The notes beneath the pieces were generated by a model. The model was given only the letters and a program-made list of their open reading frames with translations. It was not told the DNA's origin and did no database searches. A DNA stretch of 64,000 nt, from assembly GCA_963976315.1 (NCBI GenBank), contig CAXBLH010000001.1, positions 968 to 64,967 on the forward strand. The letters are read 5' to 3'. Shown piece by piece: positions 29,060 to 38,839 of this stretch (the stretch's first letter is position 1; every line of letters starts with the position of its first letter). Origin of the DNA: an uncultured Dyadobacter sp. (GTDB taxonomy: Bacteria; Bacteroidota; Bacteroidia; Cytophagales; Spirosomataceae). The translations under genes were made by a program, and so were the position numbers.

Positions 29060-30883
29060 TTATTCTTGAGAAAATAGCATAACGGTATAGGCAGGAATCA
29101 GAAATGCAGCGTGTACTGAACACCCATCCATTTCTCCGTCCATGGTGTCTACATCGTCCATTCCCTGTCCCGAAAATTCTGGATCATAGTGCTGGTTATC
29201 GCTATTTAATCTCAAGTGCCAAAGGCCTTCTGAGGGCATCCCGATCTTATAATCATAATAAGTCTCATGGGATAGGTTTATCAATACGACCACGCTATCC
29301 TTGGGGCCACCCTGGTCAAATCGGTGAAATGCCAGAACTTTTCTCTCATGGTCACAGCGCAAAATTTGCGTATGATGACCTTGGAGCCCTGCCGTAACCC
29401 CAAACCAGTTTCTACGCATGTGGATCAAATCGCGATGCAAGTTTACAAATCCAGAAAAGGTTTCCAGTCTGGACCAGTCGATAGGGTCTGTATCAGAAAA
29501 CCACTTATCTTCTAGCAGCGGTTGCCCTTGAAAAAGCATAGGAATACCTGGTGAGGTCATCACTAACGCAACACCCACAGCAGCTCTTTTTTTGGAGTAC
29601 CAATTATTGACATCGCCATGAGCGATCTCTTCTGCCACTCGGGCTTGTCCATTGGCTACTTCATCGTGCGATTCTGTATAAATAATTCTTTGAAAAGCAT
29701 CTCCATTATAGCTATGCAAAATGGCCCCAACGACCTCGTCCAGATTACGAGACTCATCATCGCCCGCTACAATGGCCTCCCGAATACTATGTACAAACTT
29801 GGCATCCCACTGGGAACCATATCCCAATCCACCGTCTTCGGTAGAACGTGTGATAAAGTCAAGAGAGTGCATGTCTTCTGCAATGGTAAGGCGGTTAGGA
29901 AACTGGTGTTTGATGTCCGCATTAATCCATTGCATTAAGCTCATTCCTTCAGGGATATCATTCCCCGGGTTACCATCCGCATTCACGTTTCTTATATAAG
30001 GAACCATATCCATTCTTAATCCATCCGCACGGTAGTCTCTGAGCCACATCATGGCGTTGTCATGGATATAGTGGCGCACTTCATTACGGCCATAATCCGG
30101 ACGGGTATTTCCCCAAGGTGTTTTTGATTTCCAATCGTTATAAAAATATATCCCACCGCCCTCGTTCTCGCTCCATCCATCAAACTGCCAAAGGTCCAGA
30201 TCCGAAGGTCCGAAATGGTTGTAGACCACATCTAATATCACGGCAATACCTGCCTGATGCGCCGCTTTGATAAAGGCTTTTAATCCATCCGGGCCGCCAT
30301 AATCAGATTCGATAGCAAAAGGGTTAGACGGGTTATATCCCCACGAACGAGAACCTGGAAATTCACTGCAGGGCATCAGCTCCACCGCATTGAACCCCAT
30401 TTGTTGCAGGTAAGGAATTTTTTCAATGGCGGTATAAAAAGTACCTACTTGGTCCTGCTCGGTAACATGAAAAGTTCCCACGTGAAGTTCATAAATTACC
30501 AGCTGTTGCCAGGACGGTATTTCAAAAGAAGTATCTTCCCAATCGAAAGCATGGTGGTTGTAAACAACGCTATTACCAGAGGAATTGGTGACTTTTAAGG
30601 CATAAGGGTCATTTCTCATGAGCTCCCCAGAAGCCGTTTTAAGTACAAACTTATATTCGTCTCCTTCCTTTGACTCGGAAACCAAACCAGCCCACATACC
30701 ATTCCCTTCGCTGGAGAGTTCTTGGCCCGGCTGCTGCCACTCGTTAAAATCGCCCGACACAGAGACCATTTCTGCATGCGGAGCCCACACTCGATAAAAT
30801 ACACCCTCATTGGTGCATATTGCCCCCATGCCTTCATAGCTTGCTTGCACCGGTGGACGTTCCTCTTCTTCTAGAAGCTCCAT
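29060..30883 (-). CDS. CBM48 + GH13 alpha-glucan enzyme (branching enzyme / TreZ-like)
   Basis: RVWAPHA..VSGDFN, IYELHVGTF, WGYNP, DVVYNHFG, catalytic GLRMD, IAED, ESHDE; cytoplasmic. Confidence 0.9.
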   Translation of the reverse strand: MELLEEEERPPVQASYEGMGAICTNEGVFYRVWAPHAEMVSVSGDFNEWQQPGQELSSEGNGMWAGLVSESKEGDEYKFVLKTASGELMRNDPYALKVTNSSGNSVVYNHHAFDWEDTSFEIPSWQQLVIYELHVGTFHVTEQDQVGTFYTAIEKIPYLQQMGFNAVELMPCSEFPGSRSWGYNPSNPFAIESDYGGPDGLKAFIKAAHQAGIAVILDVVYNHFGPSDLDLWQFDGWSENEGGGIYFYNDWKSKTPWGNTRPDYGRNEVRHYIHDNAMMWLRDYRADGLRMDMVPYIRNVNADGNPGNDIPEGMSLMQWINADIKHQFPNRLTIAEDMHSLDFITRSTEDGGLGYGSQWDAKFVHSIREAIVAGDDESRNLDEVVGAILHSYNGDAFQRIIYTESHDEVANGQARVAEEIAHGDVNNWYSKKRAAVGVALVMTSPGIPMLFQGQPLLEDKWFSDTDPIDWSRLETFSGFVNLHRDLIHMRRNWFGVTAGLQGHHTQILRCDHERKVLAFHRFDQGGPKDSVVVLINLSHETYYDYKIGMPSEGLWHLRLNSDNQHYDPEFSGQGMDDVDTMDGEMDGCSVHAAFLIPAYTVMLFSQE

Positions 30884-30927
30884 AAATGAAAAATTTGGTT
30901 TTTAGATAATCCTCATTTTTCAAATAG

Positions 30928-30942
30928 ATTAAAGTCATGCCA
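30928..30942 (-). promoter_or_regulatory. Degenerate sigma54-like element for the GH13 gene
   Basis: TGGCAT-GACTT-TAAT (-24 half good, -12 half poor), about 45 nt upstream of ATG. Confidence 0.3.
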
Positions 30943-31664
30943 AATAAAGAAGTAGCGTACGGTTTCCTTTATTTCAACTTAATAGGGGCAATTATGTACT
31001 TTCAAATTTACTTCCTTAACTCCTATACTGGGAGTGATTCTGTAACGGGTATCTACTTTCCATTTCTCTGCAGTGATTTTGGGAAATATACGAGCGAGTA
31101 CGCCCAGAATGTGACAGGTTTCAGACCTTCTAGATGGTTAATTGATTGATTATCAAAAAAAAGCTACGGATCTGATGGTTGGACTCCCGCACCCACAAAA
31201 TCAATTATGGAGCGTATTCGGTACTCCTTTAATAACATTTTGTCCCGAATAATATACCTTAGTTTGGACGAACCCTGCTGTATATGCTAGGGCTTTATTC
31301 CCTAACTATACGCCTTAGATAAGCAGATCCTAGTTAAAAAGGAGTACACAGAAATGAGTAAATTTATACTCAGATTGCAAGGTAGAAATGGCTAATTCGG
31401 TTTATGGCCATTAAAATCTCTTAAAGACTAGTTTTGCAGGTACCCTTTTGTTATCAAAAAAACGAAACCAGCAATAAGCTTGAAGATCGATTTCAGAAAG
31501 TATTTAAAAGCCGAAAACGCACTGCTTACTAAAAAAGTCCTGAGAAGGTCCATTATGCAGCCACTTTTTTAACCTTTCTGGCCAGAGGCACTAGCTCTAA
31601 ATTGCCCTTTTTCGTCTTGGCACCCTATTTTATAGAATACTTGCGAGTGGAAATATTAACATGA

Positions 31665-31724
31665 AATAAAAAACTCCCGTTGGAAAGTGACTATCTATAA
31701 AAGGTAGTCAGCTATCAACGGGAG
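31665..31724 (-). terminator. Long-stem terminator of the T9SS cargo gene
   Basis: CTCCCGTTG..TGACTATCT-ataaa-AGGTAGTCA..CAACGGGAG with U-tract on the minus strand. Confidence 0.75.
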
Positions 31725-31785
31725 ATAAAAAGTAAATGAATGATGAGCAATTACTACTTAAAGTAAAGCGCATCACTGCTTACAT

Positions 31786-34700
31786 TTATTTAGTAATCAC
31801 TATTTTTTTCACTTCTGAGAACGTATTATTGAATATCCTTAGGAGATAGATACCTGGTATTGTCTCCTGCAATTTGGCTTGGTATTGATTGTTGCCAATC
31901 GTATCCACCTGTATTTGATGAGTAGTTCCATTTTTATCTAATAATTCGAAAATGGGATTCTTCATGTTGGTGTTTATCATAAATGAATGACCAACTACTG
32001 GATTTTCAACAAAAGTATACGATGCCCCTTCTGTAAAGTTTACCTGTATAATTCGAGACAGTTTAAACGATCGATCTAGATCAATCATTTTTAACTGGTA
32101 ATAGTTATTGCCCTGTAATGGGTTATTATCAACAAAGTTATAGAACGAACTACCTTGTGCCGACACTCTGCCAAGAGAGACAAACTCATTTATACCATCG
32201 ATACTTTTCAGTACTTCGTAATGAGAGAAATTAACTTCATTGGCGACAGTCCAGTTCAGTTTTATATCCCTTTCAACTGCCTGAGCTTCGAACTTAATAA
32301 GGCTTACCGGAAGTGGAGTATTGATCGTTGTAATGGCTTCCGTACATAGACACGAGCTCGCAGAGGGCGTAATCTTTGCCGTTATCATTTGACCATTAGT
32401 ACAGCTGGCATTATTTGGGACCGTAAATGTTTCGCTCTCCGAAGCCGATACACCCACTACTTTAGTAAAGTTCTGACTAGCAAATGGCGTTGCAGATGTA
32501 CCACAGTAAAAATCTACCTTCAATGAGTTCGCTGGGGCTGCTAAGGTTGTTGAAGCATTCGCAAGTAAAACGGTCAGTTTAAGATCCGACGAATTTCCAA
32601 AAGAACCTTGATCTAAAGTCAGCGTGGTAATTGAAATTTCAGGCCTTTTAACACTAATAGCATTTTCGGAAGAACCTATTACTAACTGAGCTCCATTCTG
32701 GCAGACATTTTCACCGCATTTTAAGGGATCTGTAGTTCTAATCACTTCACTCAATACAGCATAATCAGCGCAATTGATAGTGGGGTCTGCTTTAATATCG
32801 AAAGCATACATGATATTATTCCCAGTAGTAATCCCAGCCGGAAGCACCAGTTTTAAAATGGTACCTGCCGCATTGGTTTTTGGATATCCTGCGGCCATGG
32901 TTACATTGGTGGAGTTCAAATTACCTTGGTATAATAACCCAACAGGCAAGTTGACACTCACTGTATCGGTTGCCAAAGTGGTTGTGCCAACTGGCGTGAT
33001 AGTTGCACTTAGAGTGGAGGTATTACCACAGTTCAAAACAGTGTTATTATAGGACATACTAAGGGTCATACTGCCATTTGGTTGAACACCAGTAATATTG
33101 ATAGGGTCTGTCCTTACAATATTGTTATACCCATTTTGGCTACTCAATTGTCCACCACAAGGTCTATCACCTTTTTGGGTGACGGCCAGCTTACTCCCGC
33201 TCACAAAACCACAACTGGTTTCGTAGGTAATACGTAGCTTGACAGCTCGCTCATTTACACCCAAGTTATCAATGGTTCCAGGTAAACCTTTATCAGACAT
33301 TGCCGTGTGTGACTCACCCATTACACTCCATATACCTCCAGCCTGAGAAGGGGTTACTGTTTGCCAAGTACCACTTTCAGCAGGATATTCTATTTCTGTT
33401 TTTTTGATGGTCAGACCAACCGGGGGAATGATTCCAAACTCTGGATTATTTACATAACCCGCTTGTGAGGAACTCATTTTATAGATCACATTATCCTCTG
33501 AACATAGCGCAGTAGTGGGTGTGGGCTGCTTTTCAACCGTTAACTGTATTTGGCTAATGTCGTTTTGAAGGATAAGCTTTACCGATTTTGTACACGATTG
33601 TGCCGCAAAGGTAGAAGGGTATCCGTTACATCCCCATCCATAGTTAAGGGTCAAGTCACTAGTGCTACATTGTGAGGTGTTGGCTGTGATCGTAAAGTTA
33701 CGTGTAGCACTAGCCGTCAAATCCCCTAAATAATAAAACCCATTTCCATCCGCAGTAAGCACCGTAGTTCCTTCTTTGAGCACGATGTCTGTTAGGCCGT
33801 TAATAGGAGAAATATAAAAGTAGCTATTTGCTGCATCCACGCCGTTGTCTTCATTTTGAAGTACTACGCTCCATTCACCATTGGCTTGTGTACTCACTAC
33901 CGTTCCTCCGCCACTCAGCTTAGGCTGCGGTAAGCGAACAAGATAGGCAGGGGTTTGTTTATATTCATAGGTATCATAGATAGATGCTGGTGTGTTCACA
34001 CCATTCCCAATTAGTTTACCAGTAACACTTCCTAAATAGCTCCCGTTTACCGCTTCACAGGTAGGGTCTACACTAAACGAAATATATAATTGTGGGTTTT
34101 CGTCTGGATCCGGTAAGGGGCCGCCAAACTGAGCAAAAGCATTTTTAAGGCCAGATATAGTGGCTATATCACCCACCTGACTCGCAGTTGCGCCCGTATA
34201 AGTAGCACCAGTACCTATATTCCGTTGTGTTACTTTTATGGATCCGGGTCTTATATTAAAGCCTGGCGGCAATTGAATGATTGCTTCATCGTAGGTATTA
34301 AATATACGAACTTCGTATGGGAAAACATTTGGACCTTCTTGAAAACGAACATACTGGCGCAGGTAGACTAAAATCTCATTACTGCAGGCATTAATATTTT
34401 GATTAGAAGCAATATATGGAGACAGCCAAATTTTGCTAATTTGACTATAATCATTAAAATGATCACAAGTATAAGTCTCTCCATCAATCGGGGCGCTTGA
34501 GGCTCCGCTTTTGGCAGTATAGGTGGCATATACCTCATTTTGGGTTATAAAAGTAGAATAGCCCGAAGCGGTTTGTTGACTAACAACGGTACCATTTGCG
34601 TGATTCACGGTATATTTGGCTTTTACCACCAAGCTATCCAGATTCTGCCAGTCAGAAGTTCTACAGTTGGGTCCAATTTCATAGTGTGCAATAACGCCAT

Positions 34701-36912
34701 CCAGAACGTAGGGCACCGTGCATGTAATAGGCGTTGAGACGCCTGCGGGGTATATTTCGACTTGGGCAGGGCCAGGTACAGGCGAAAGGGTTCCATCTTG
34801 GCCTAATGCACTACCTCCTAAATTGAAATCTACATAAACGTATTTGAAAAGTTTATTGTAATTAACGTCAGCTATATCTACATTGTTATTCACATTGATA
34901 TTCCAGGTACCTTGCAAAGTATCGCCGTTCACAGAATGGTGGTCTGAGATCAAAGAAAGGTCAACCGTACCAGTGGCATCGGCAATATGGTTGTTGTCAT
35001 TATCAGGTAAGCCGTAGTTGATACGTTTCAAAGTAAACTTTCTAGGAGTTGCTCCCCCTTTAGGGCCGCAACCTGGGCAATGAAGCGTGGTTGAAAAATC
35101 CAGACAAGTCATTTTAATTGCTGGTGAGCAATCAGAGTACTTTTTAAGGAAAAATAGCTTCATATTTTGAGGGCCACCCGTTCCACAGCTTGCTATCAAA
35201 GGTATTTTTAAATCCCCTCCCGAAAAATCTATTTGTTCTTGAAAAGGCCCAATAGTTACTGTGTCGTTCGCAAAAGTAACCGGGTAAGTAGTTCCATGGA
35301 AGATAATGCTGGTGGCATTAGGAATAATACTCGTTCCAGCCAATGAAAGTTTTAAATAAGTGGTCCCTCCACCGTTTGGATTACTAAGATTCTTAAACCG
35401 TGCCGTATTTAGTAACAATTCAAAAGGTTCATTAGGCAAAATATCAGTCGGCAGTTCTGGAGTGAAATTTAAAATATTATGGCGATTCGATGTATGTTCA
35501 GCCAGGTTGGAAGAATAACTTGCTGTACCGCATTCATTTTGGTAATTGACAAATGAATAAAACGCCAGCCAGCCAATAGAGGGGTAACAGTATTCTTCAC
35601 AGCTCAAATTGGTAGCCACGGTTGCTACTTCCACCGTGATATAATCACCAGCAGGTATGCTTATATTTCCCAAAATGGCCGTGGTTGCACTCACAGCATT
35701 GGTATTCAGGCCGCAATTGGCATCTTTACGCAACGACTGATCAGAACTCGTTAATTGTGTATCTGTAAAGGAGCTTACTTGACCAATAATTGTATTAGTT
35801 GAATTACGTATATTCCATACTTTACCAGTATCCAGTAAGACTCTACCTGTGTAATTATTCTTATAGAAACTTCCCACGTCCAATTTTACATTAATTGCAG
35901 CACCCAGCCCAGAATTTGTAATTTTTACAATTTGCGTCTTTTCGTCCCCTCTAAAACAATAATCATAGTCATAATTATCCACTTTGGTGGTTAGTGTTGG
36001 CACATTGTTAGCCATGGTAATATTACCTGTTGTAGTCTTGCTTTCACAGGTATTGCTTGCGAAATCTCCCCAGGCAGTACCATAGTTGCTAGTAGCCCCA
36101 CATTTAAGAATGGTTATATTCTCGGTAAGGGTTATTTCTTCGCCACTACAAAACCGATTATCACCACCAGGGAAGTTACCCGCCGATATTTCATATAACG
36201 TACTGTCGCCATTGGTATAAACCGAAGTTAATGGGATACTACCACCAGAAAGAACCGGGATCGCAGCCGTTATTGCTAAGGAGTTTATTTGTATTGAGCC
36301 TGGAGTATTTTTGATCCAAAACTGAATTTTTTCGGCACAGCCATTACCACCCTGCTTTATCTTTAAAGTTCTTGTGTGCGTACTTCCCAAGCTTGCATTC
36401 GCAATTGTTTCGGGTCCTATTAAGGTTAATGCTGGTGCCAGTAGATTATAGGTGTTTACATCCACAGCATTTTCTACAATTGTGGTGATACCCGTACCCG
36501 ATAGGGTTACAAAGTCTTTAGTGGCCGATGCCGTTCCACAATTAGCTTTCCGTAAAATGGTAAACTCAATAGAAGCACCTGCACTTCCGTTGCAAATTTC
36601 AAAAACAGGTTTTGTTTTATCCGTTGTAACGTCAAATTCTTTAATCGTAAGAATTCCAGATACTTTATTGACCGAATTAGCAACGTATTCTATTCTACCA
36701 GGATTATTGGTAGCACCTAGGTCTACTTTTAATCGAATATCGGTACCTGTAGCGGGCAAGACCACCTTAATAGTCAGCAGGCTAGACTCAAGCCCTCTGC
36801 TCACTGGGGCAGCGGGTGTGGGATAAGTTATTTGCCCATTGGCAAAATGTGTCATCAGTAGCAGGAAAGCAACTGAAAACGTTCTTAATAGATTTGGGAG
36901 CTTTTTACTCAT
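31786..36912 (-). CDS. Large (1708 aa) Cys/Thr-rich secreted protein with T9SS type A sorting domain
   Basis: Signal peptide; beta-rich Ig-like segments; PLPVSLIKFEA..LNW..E.NFSHYEV.KS.DG..YYQLKMIDLD module; C-terminal ENPV...PGIYLLRI..EVKKIVITK. Confidence 0.88.
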   Translation of the reverse strand: MSKKLPNLLRTFSVAFLLLMTHFANGQITYPTPAAPVSRGLESSLLTIKVVLPATGTDIRLKVDLGATNNPGRIEYVANSVNKVSGILTIKEFDVTTDKTKPVFEICNGSAGASIEFTILRKANCGTASATKDFVTLSGTGITTIVENAVDVNTYNLLAPALTLIGPETIANASLGSTHTRTLKIKQGGNGCAEKIQFWIKNTPGSIQINSLAITAAIPVLSGGSIPLTSVYTNGDSTLYEISAGNFPGGDNRFCSGEEITLTENITILKCGATSNYGTAWGDFASNTCESKTTTGNITMANNVPTLTTKVDNYDYDYCFRGDEKTQIVKITNSGLGAAINVKLDVGSFYKNNYTGRVLLDTGKVWNIRNSTNTIIGQVSSFTDTQLTSSDQSLRKDANCGLNTNAVSATTAILGNISIPAGDYITVEVATVATNLSCEEYCYPSIGWLAFYSFVNYQNECGTASYSSNLAEHTSNRHNILNFTPELPTDILPNEPFELLLNTARFKNLSNPNGGGTTYLKLSLAGTSIIPNATSIIFHGTTYPVTFANDTVTIGPFQEQIDFSGGDLKIPLIASCGTGGPQNMKLFFLKKYSDCSPAIKMTCLDFSTTLHCPGCGPKGGATPRKFTLKRINYGLPDNDNNHIADATGTVDLSLISDHHSVNGDTLQGTWNINVNNNVDIADVNYNKLFKYVYVDFNLGGSALGQDGTLSPVPGPAQVEIYPAGVSTPITCTVPYVLDGVIAHYEIGPNCRTSDWQNLDSLVVKAKYTVNHANGTVVSQQTASGYSTFITQNEVYATYTAKSGASSAPIDGETYTCDHFNDYSQISKIWLSPYIASNQNINACSNEILVYLRQYVRFQEGPNVFPYEVRIFNTYDEAIIQLPPGFNIRPGSIKVTQRNIGTGATYTGATASQVGDIATISGLKNAFAQFGGPLPDPDENPQLYISFSVDPTCEAVNGSYLGSVTGKLIGNGVNTPASIYDTYEYKQTPAYLVRLPQPKLSGGGTVVSTQANGEWSVVLQNEDNGVDAANSYFYISPINGLTDIVLKEGTTVLTADGNGFYYLGDLTASATRNFTITANTSQCSTSDLTLNYGWGCNGYPSTFAAQSCTKSVKLILQNDISQIQLTVEKQPTPTTALCSEDNVIYKMSSSQAGYVNNPEFGIIPPVGLTIKKTEIEYPAESGTWQTVTPSQAGGIWSVMGESHTAMSDKGLPGTIDNLGVNERAVKLRITYETSCGFVSGSKLAVTQKGDRPCGGQLSSQNGYNNIVRTDPINITGVQPNGSMTLSMSYNNTVLNCGNTSTLSATITPVGTTTLATDTVSVNLPVGLLYQGNLNSTNVTMAAGYPKTNAAGTILKLVLPAGITTGNNIMYAFDIKADPTINCADYAVLSEVIRTTDPLKCGENVCQNGAQLVIGSSENAISVKRPEISITTLTLDQGSFGNSSDLKLTVLLANASTTLAAPANSLKVDFYCGTSATPFASQNFTKVVGVSASESETFTVPNNASCTNGQMITAKITPSASSCLCTEAITTINTPLPVSLIKFEAQAVERDIKLNWTVANEVNFSHYEVLKSIDGINEFVSLGRVSAQGSSFYNFVDNNPLQGNNYYQLKMIDLDRSFKLSRIIQVNFTEGASYTFVENPVVGHSFMINTNMKNPIFELLDKNGTTHQIQVDTIGNNQYQAKLQETIPGIYLLRIFNNTFSEVKKIVITK

Positions 36913-37774
36913 AATTAAAAGGGAATGATTGAAAATTTTTGTTGTTCAGATAACTTATTTGTTGGTTATTGTAATTATTTCTTTTATATTCGAAAATATA
37001 CCTACAAGTCAATTCGAAGAAGTTCTATTCGTCGTAATTACGCACTCGAAATAGGTTATTCTGAAAACAAAGCTTAGCCTTTTAAAAAGCTGATCCCTTA
37101 GCCAATCATTGAAATTCCGGAGTTGAAATTCTAAAATCAGCTGGACAATATTCTATTTGCAGGGCATGATGTAGCCAGTATACGTAGTACAGTTACTAGC
37201 TGGTTTTGTGGGGAATTTAGTAAGGGCGTCAATTTGTTTCCCTTCATTCTTGACTGAGCTTTAAAATTGTAAGAAGCTGGCGTAACCCCTAAAAATTTGA
37301 AAAAGAACAATTCTTGGTAATGAGGGCATTTTAAGGGTAATAGTGGGCAGGTGGGATTTATAAATGGGTTCTGGCGAACCCGATCCTATTCTCTACTAAG
37401 CTGCGAAGTTATTTGAAGTGGTATTGTAACTGATCTACTAATAGCGGAGGCATAGAGAAGGAACCTTTCGCAAGAAGGGCCCTCTCCAAACTATTTAATG
37501 TAATCTTGCAAATCTGGTGTGAACGGAAAGCACTCTGTCTAATGCTATTATTCCGAATAGCAATATTTATTAATTTTGTTAAATGTTGAGTGTAAAAATA
37601 TATCTATCCCTCCTGGAAATACTTTACGCTCACAGTCCTTTCTCCTGTATGAACTGGTGTTAGCGTACGTATCTTCACAATTATCTTCGGCAAACCTACC
37701 GGAAAAGCGAAGCCACTCGTAGGTGTCATTTAAACAGGATTTAAAATCCAATATAATCTTTTTGGAAAGGGTGT

Positions 37775-38401
37775 TTAATCCGAAGAATATGATTTAGAGA
37801 GCTCTACCAGTTGTATAATATTTGAAACACCGAGTTTAGACATAATCTTTGCCTTGTGCGTCCCGACTGTAGAAGGTTGAATATTTAATAAGGAGGCAAT
37901 AGAAGTAATACTTTGCCCCTCCAATAAGTGAGTTGTAATTTGAAGTTCTCTCTCCGATAGCAATCTAAAAGGATGTCCTTCAAAGTTGAAGTTATTATCA
38001 TTAATCATGGCATCCATTATATCGCTATCAATATAACGCTTACCATCGAGTGTGGTTTTAACGGCTTTTAAAATTTCATCGTCTTCCACGTTTTTACTTA
38101 CAAAGCCTCTAACCCCCTTTTTAATAAAACGTTTGATAATGGTGTATTCTGACACCATTGAAAAAAGTAAAATTTTATTATTGGGGTTAAAATCAAAAAT
38201 ACGATCAATGAGCTGAAAGGTGTCCGTGTTCGGAAGGGTAATGTCCAGAATAATTAAATCATACTCGTTTTCCTTTAATTTTTTGATGGAAGTCGTATAA
38301 TTAGTGGCCTCTTCCAAAACAGAAATAGGAAATGACTCTTGTAATAATAGTTTTAATCCGAAACGAACAATAGAATGATCATCTACTAATAAAAATCGCA
38401 T
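37775..38401 (-). CDS. NarL/LuxR-family response regulator
   Basis: LLVDDHSIVRFGL, IILDITLP, LSERELQI, TVGTHKAKIMSKLGV. Confidence 0.94.
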   Translation of the reverse strand: MRFLLVDDHSIVRFGLKLLLQESFPISVLEEATNYTTSIKKLKENEYDLIILDITLPNTDTFQLIDRIFDFNPNNKILLFSMVSEYTIIKRFIKKGVRGFVSKNVEDDEILKAVKTTLDGKRYIDSDIMDAMINDNNFNFEGHPFRLLSERELQITTHLLEGQSITSIASLLNIQPSTVGTHKAKIMSKLGVSNIIQLVELSKSYSSD

Positions 38402-38714
38402 TATGGAATAATATTTATTTAGTGAATTTTATAGGGTTGAATACTATCCTAAGAAAATTATTGGGTACTACCCTAATTACAGACGACAGCAGTCATAGGT
38501 TTTCTAAGATTTATCATTTTGAATTTCAGGTAGATAGCTGGAACTTGTTAGGGTTGTTATCTTTTCTTTGCTATTTTTATAAGGATACCGAGTAAGTCAA
38601 AAAGATATTTTTTACGCCTAAATTTTCTGAGGGGGTTAGTATTATGGATGCAATTTATATTTTTTCGTTTGTTGTAACCTACACCTTCACCAAAAATAAT
38701 CTTAATATTTATTT

Positions 38715-38722
38715 TATCTTTG
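38715..38722 (+). promoter_or_regulatory. -7 element (TAnnTTTG) for the sensor kinase
   Basis: TATCTTTG about 120 nt upstream of ATG 38840. Confidence 0.45.
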
Positions 38723-38839
38723 TTTGACGACCCTTTACTTGTTTTATAATACTAGTTCTTAATCAAATTGCCCCTTATTAGTGAATACCAATTCTGTAAT
38801 TTGGTTAGAATAAATTCGGGTTTAAAATTGAATTTATCC

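Noticed and set aside
30937-31149. 70-aa plus-strand ORF
   Set aside because: Start overlaps the GH13 promoter-like site; no motifs
37455-37486. GCAA-tetraloop hairpin in the long T9SS gene upstream region as a riboswitch/ncRNA
   Set aside because: No conserved riboswitch motifs and no U-tract; a single imperfect hairpin is not enough
37548-37751. 67-aa ORF downstream of the response regulator
   Set aside because: No motif or composition support
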